The translations under genes were made by a program, and so were the position numbers. From a virus: a stretch of 38,949 nucleotides of DNA. Of this stretch, positions 38,709 through 38,949 are shown piece by piece. The stretch lies in the UHGV virus genome UHGV-0097970; one strand, given 5' to 3'. Under the pieces are notes generated by a model. It was given only the letters and a program-made list of their open reading frames with translations, made no database searches and had not been told where the DNA came from. Numbering within the stretch: the first letter of the stretch is position 1; each line of letters starts with the position of its first letter.

Positions 38709-38837
38709 AATATCACATGGACAACAGCGCACAGTAAACAACTATATTTGACGTTCGTAGACATACTCAGGTGAAAAAAGGGTTGTTTTTCGAGTTATAA
38801 CAGACAGTTAATTAACTACAGTGGACAATGCTAGACA

Positions 38838-38949
38838 ATGACAGACACAGATAAGCAACCTACCTTCCTCTTTCACGATTACGAAACCTTTGGAACGCAC
38901 CCCGCGTTAGATCGCCCTGCACAGTTCGCAGCCATTCGCACCGATAGCG
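38838..38949 (+). CDS. sbcB: sbcB (exonuclease I) 5' end, reconstituted with phage-encoded first 10 codons; partial, continues beyond window
   Basis: MTDTDKQPTFLFHDYETFGTHPALDRPAQFAAIRTDS; from the att core onward matches the ExoI N-terminus as I recall it, while the first ~10 codons differ from native MMNDGKQQST. Confidence 0.8.
   Translation, partial: MTDTDKQPTFLFHDYETFGTHPALDRPAQFAAIRTDS
38871..38883. repeat. attR core
   Basis: tttcacgattacg identical to 43-55. Confidence 0.75.

Larger units (their letters stand above)
43..38883. mobile_element. Complete lambdoid/P22-like mosaic prophage inserted in sbcB
   Basis: Bounded by a 13-bp direct repeat tttcacgattacg (43-55 and 38871-38883) inside sbcB-like coding sequence at both ends; integrase and excisionase at right end; full set of head, tail, lysis, replication and immunity genes in between. 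Confidence 0.9.

Noticed and set aside
1-38949. Looked for tRNA, rRNA or other structured RNA genes, especially near the att sites.
   Set aside because: No cloverleaf-like tRNA candidate was seen by eye, and the attachment site lies in a protein-coding gene. A tRNA scanner would be needed to exclude one definitively.

Overview
The window is essentially one complete ~38.8 kb lambdoid/P22-like mosaic prophage integrated inside the 5' end of sbcB (exonuclease I). All calls are from reading the sequence and ORF track by eye against remembered protein families; no searches were run. Left to right: displaced native sbcB start and attL (1-60); tailspike with a P22-type N-terminal head-binding domain (835-2892, -); an immI-like module (mnt, two antirepressor genes, arc); a divergently transcribed CI/LexA-fold repressor that has Ala at the S24 nucleophile position plus an AT-rich multi-TM membrane protein (5099-6443, +); P22-type ejection, tail, coat, scaffold, portal and terminase genes (6465-20048, -); lambda-type Rz/Rz1-R-S lysis cassette, pR'/qut and Q (20742-23016, -); nin region with RusA, Rha antirepressor, NinB/E/F/H and an MT-A70 methyltransferase; DnaB-type helicase and O-like initiator with internal iterons; cII, cro, OR, cI; a cI-linked AT-rich small membrane protein at the rexAB position; OL/pL, nutL, N, cIII, kil; a Sak4-like ATPase plus SSB-like recombination module; an AlpA-type Xis convergent with a tyrosine integrase; attR with a phage-supplied replacement sbcB 5' end. 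The most interesting candidates for undescribed biology are the two AT-rich moron cassettes (5099-6443 and 31239-31535), a possible sar-like antisense RNA at the arc-ant junction, and the sbcB gene-reconstituting attachment site. Coordinates of features I derived myself may be off by 1-2 nt.
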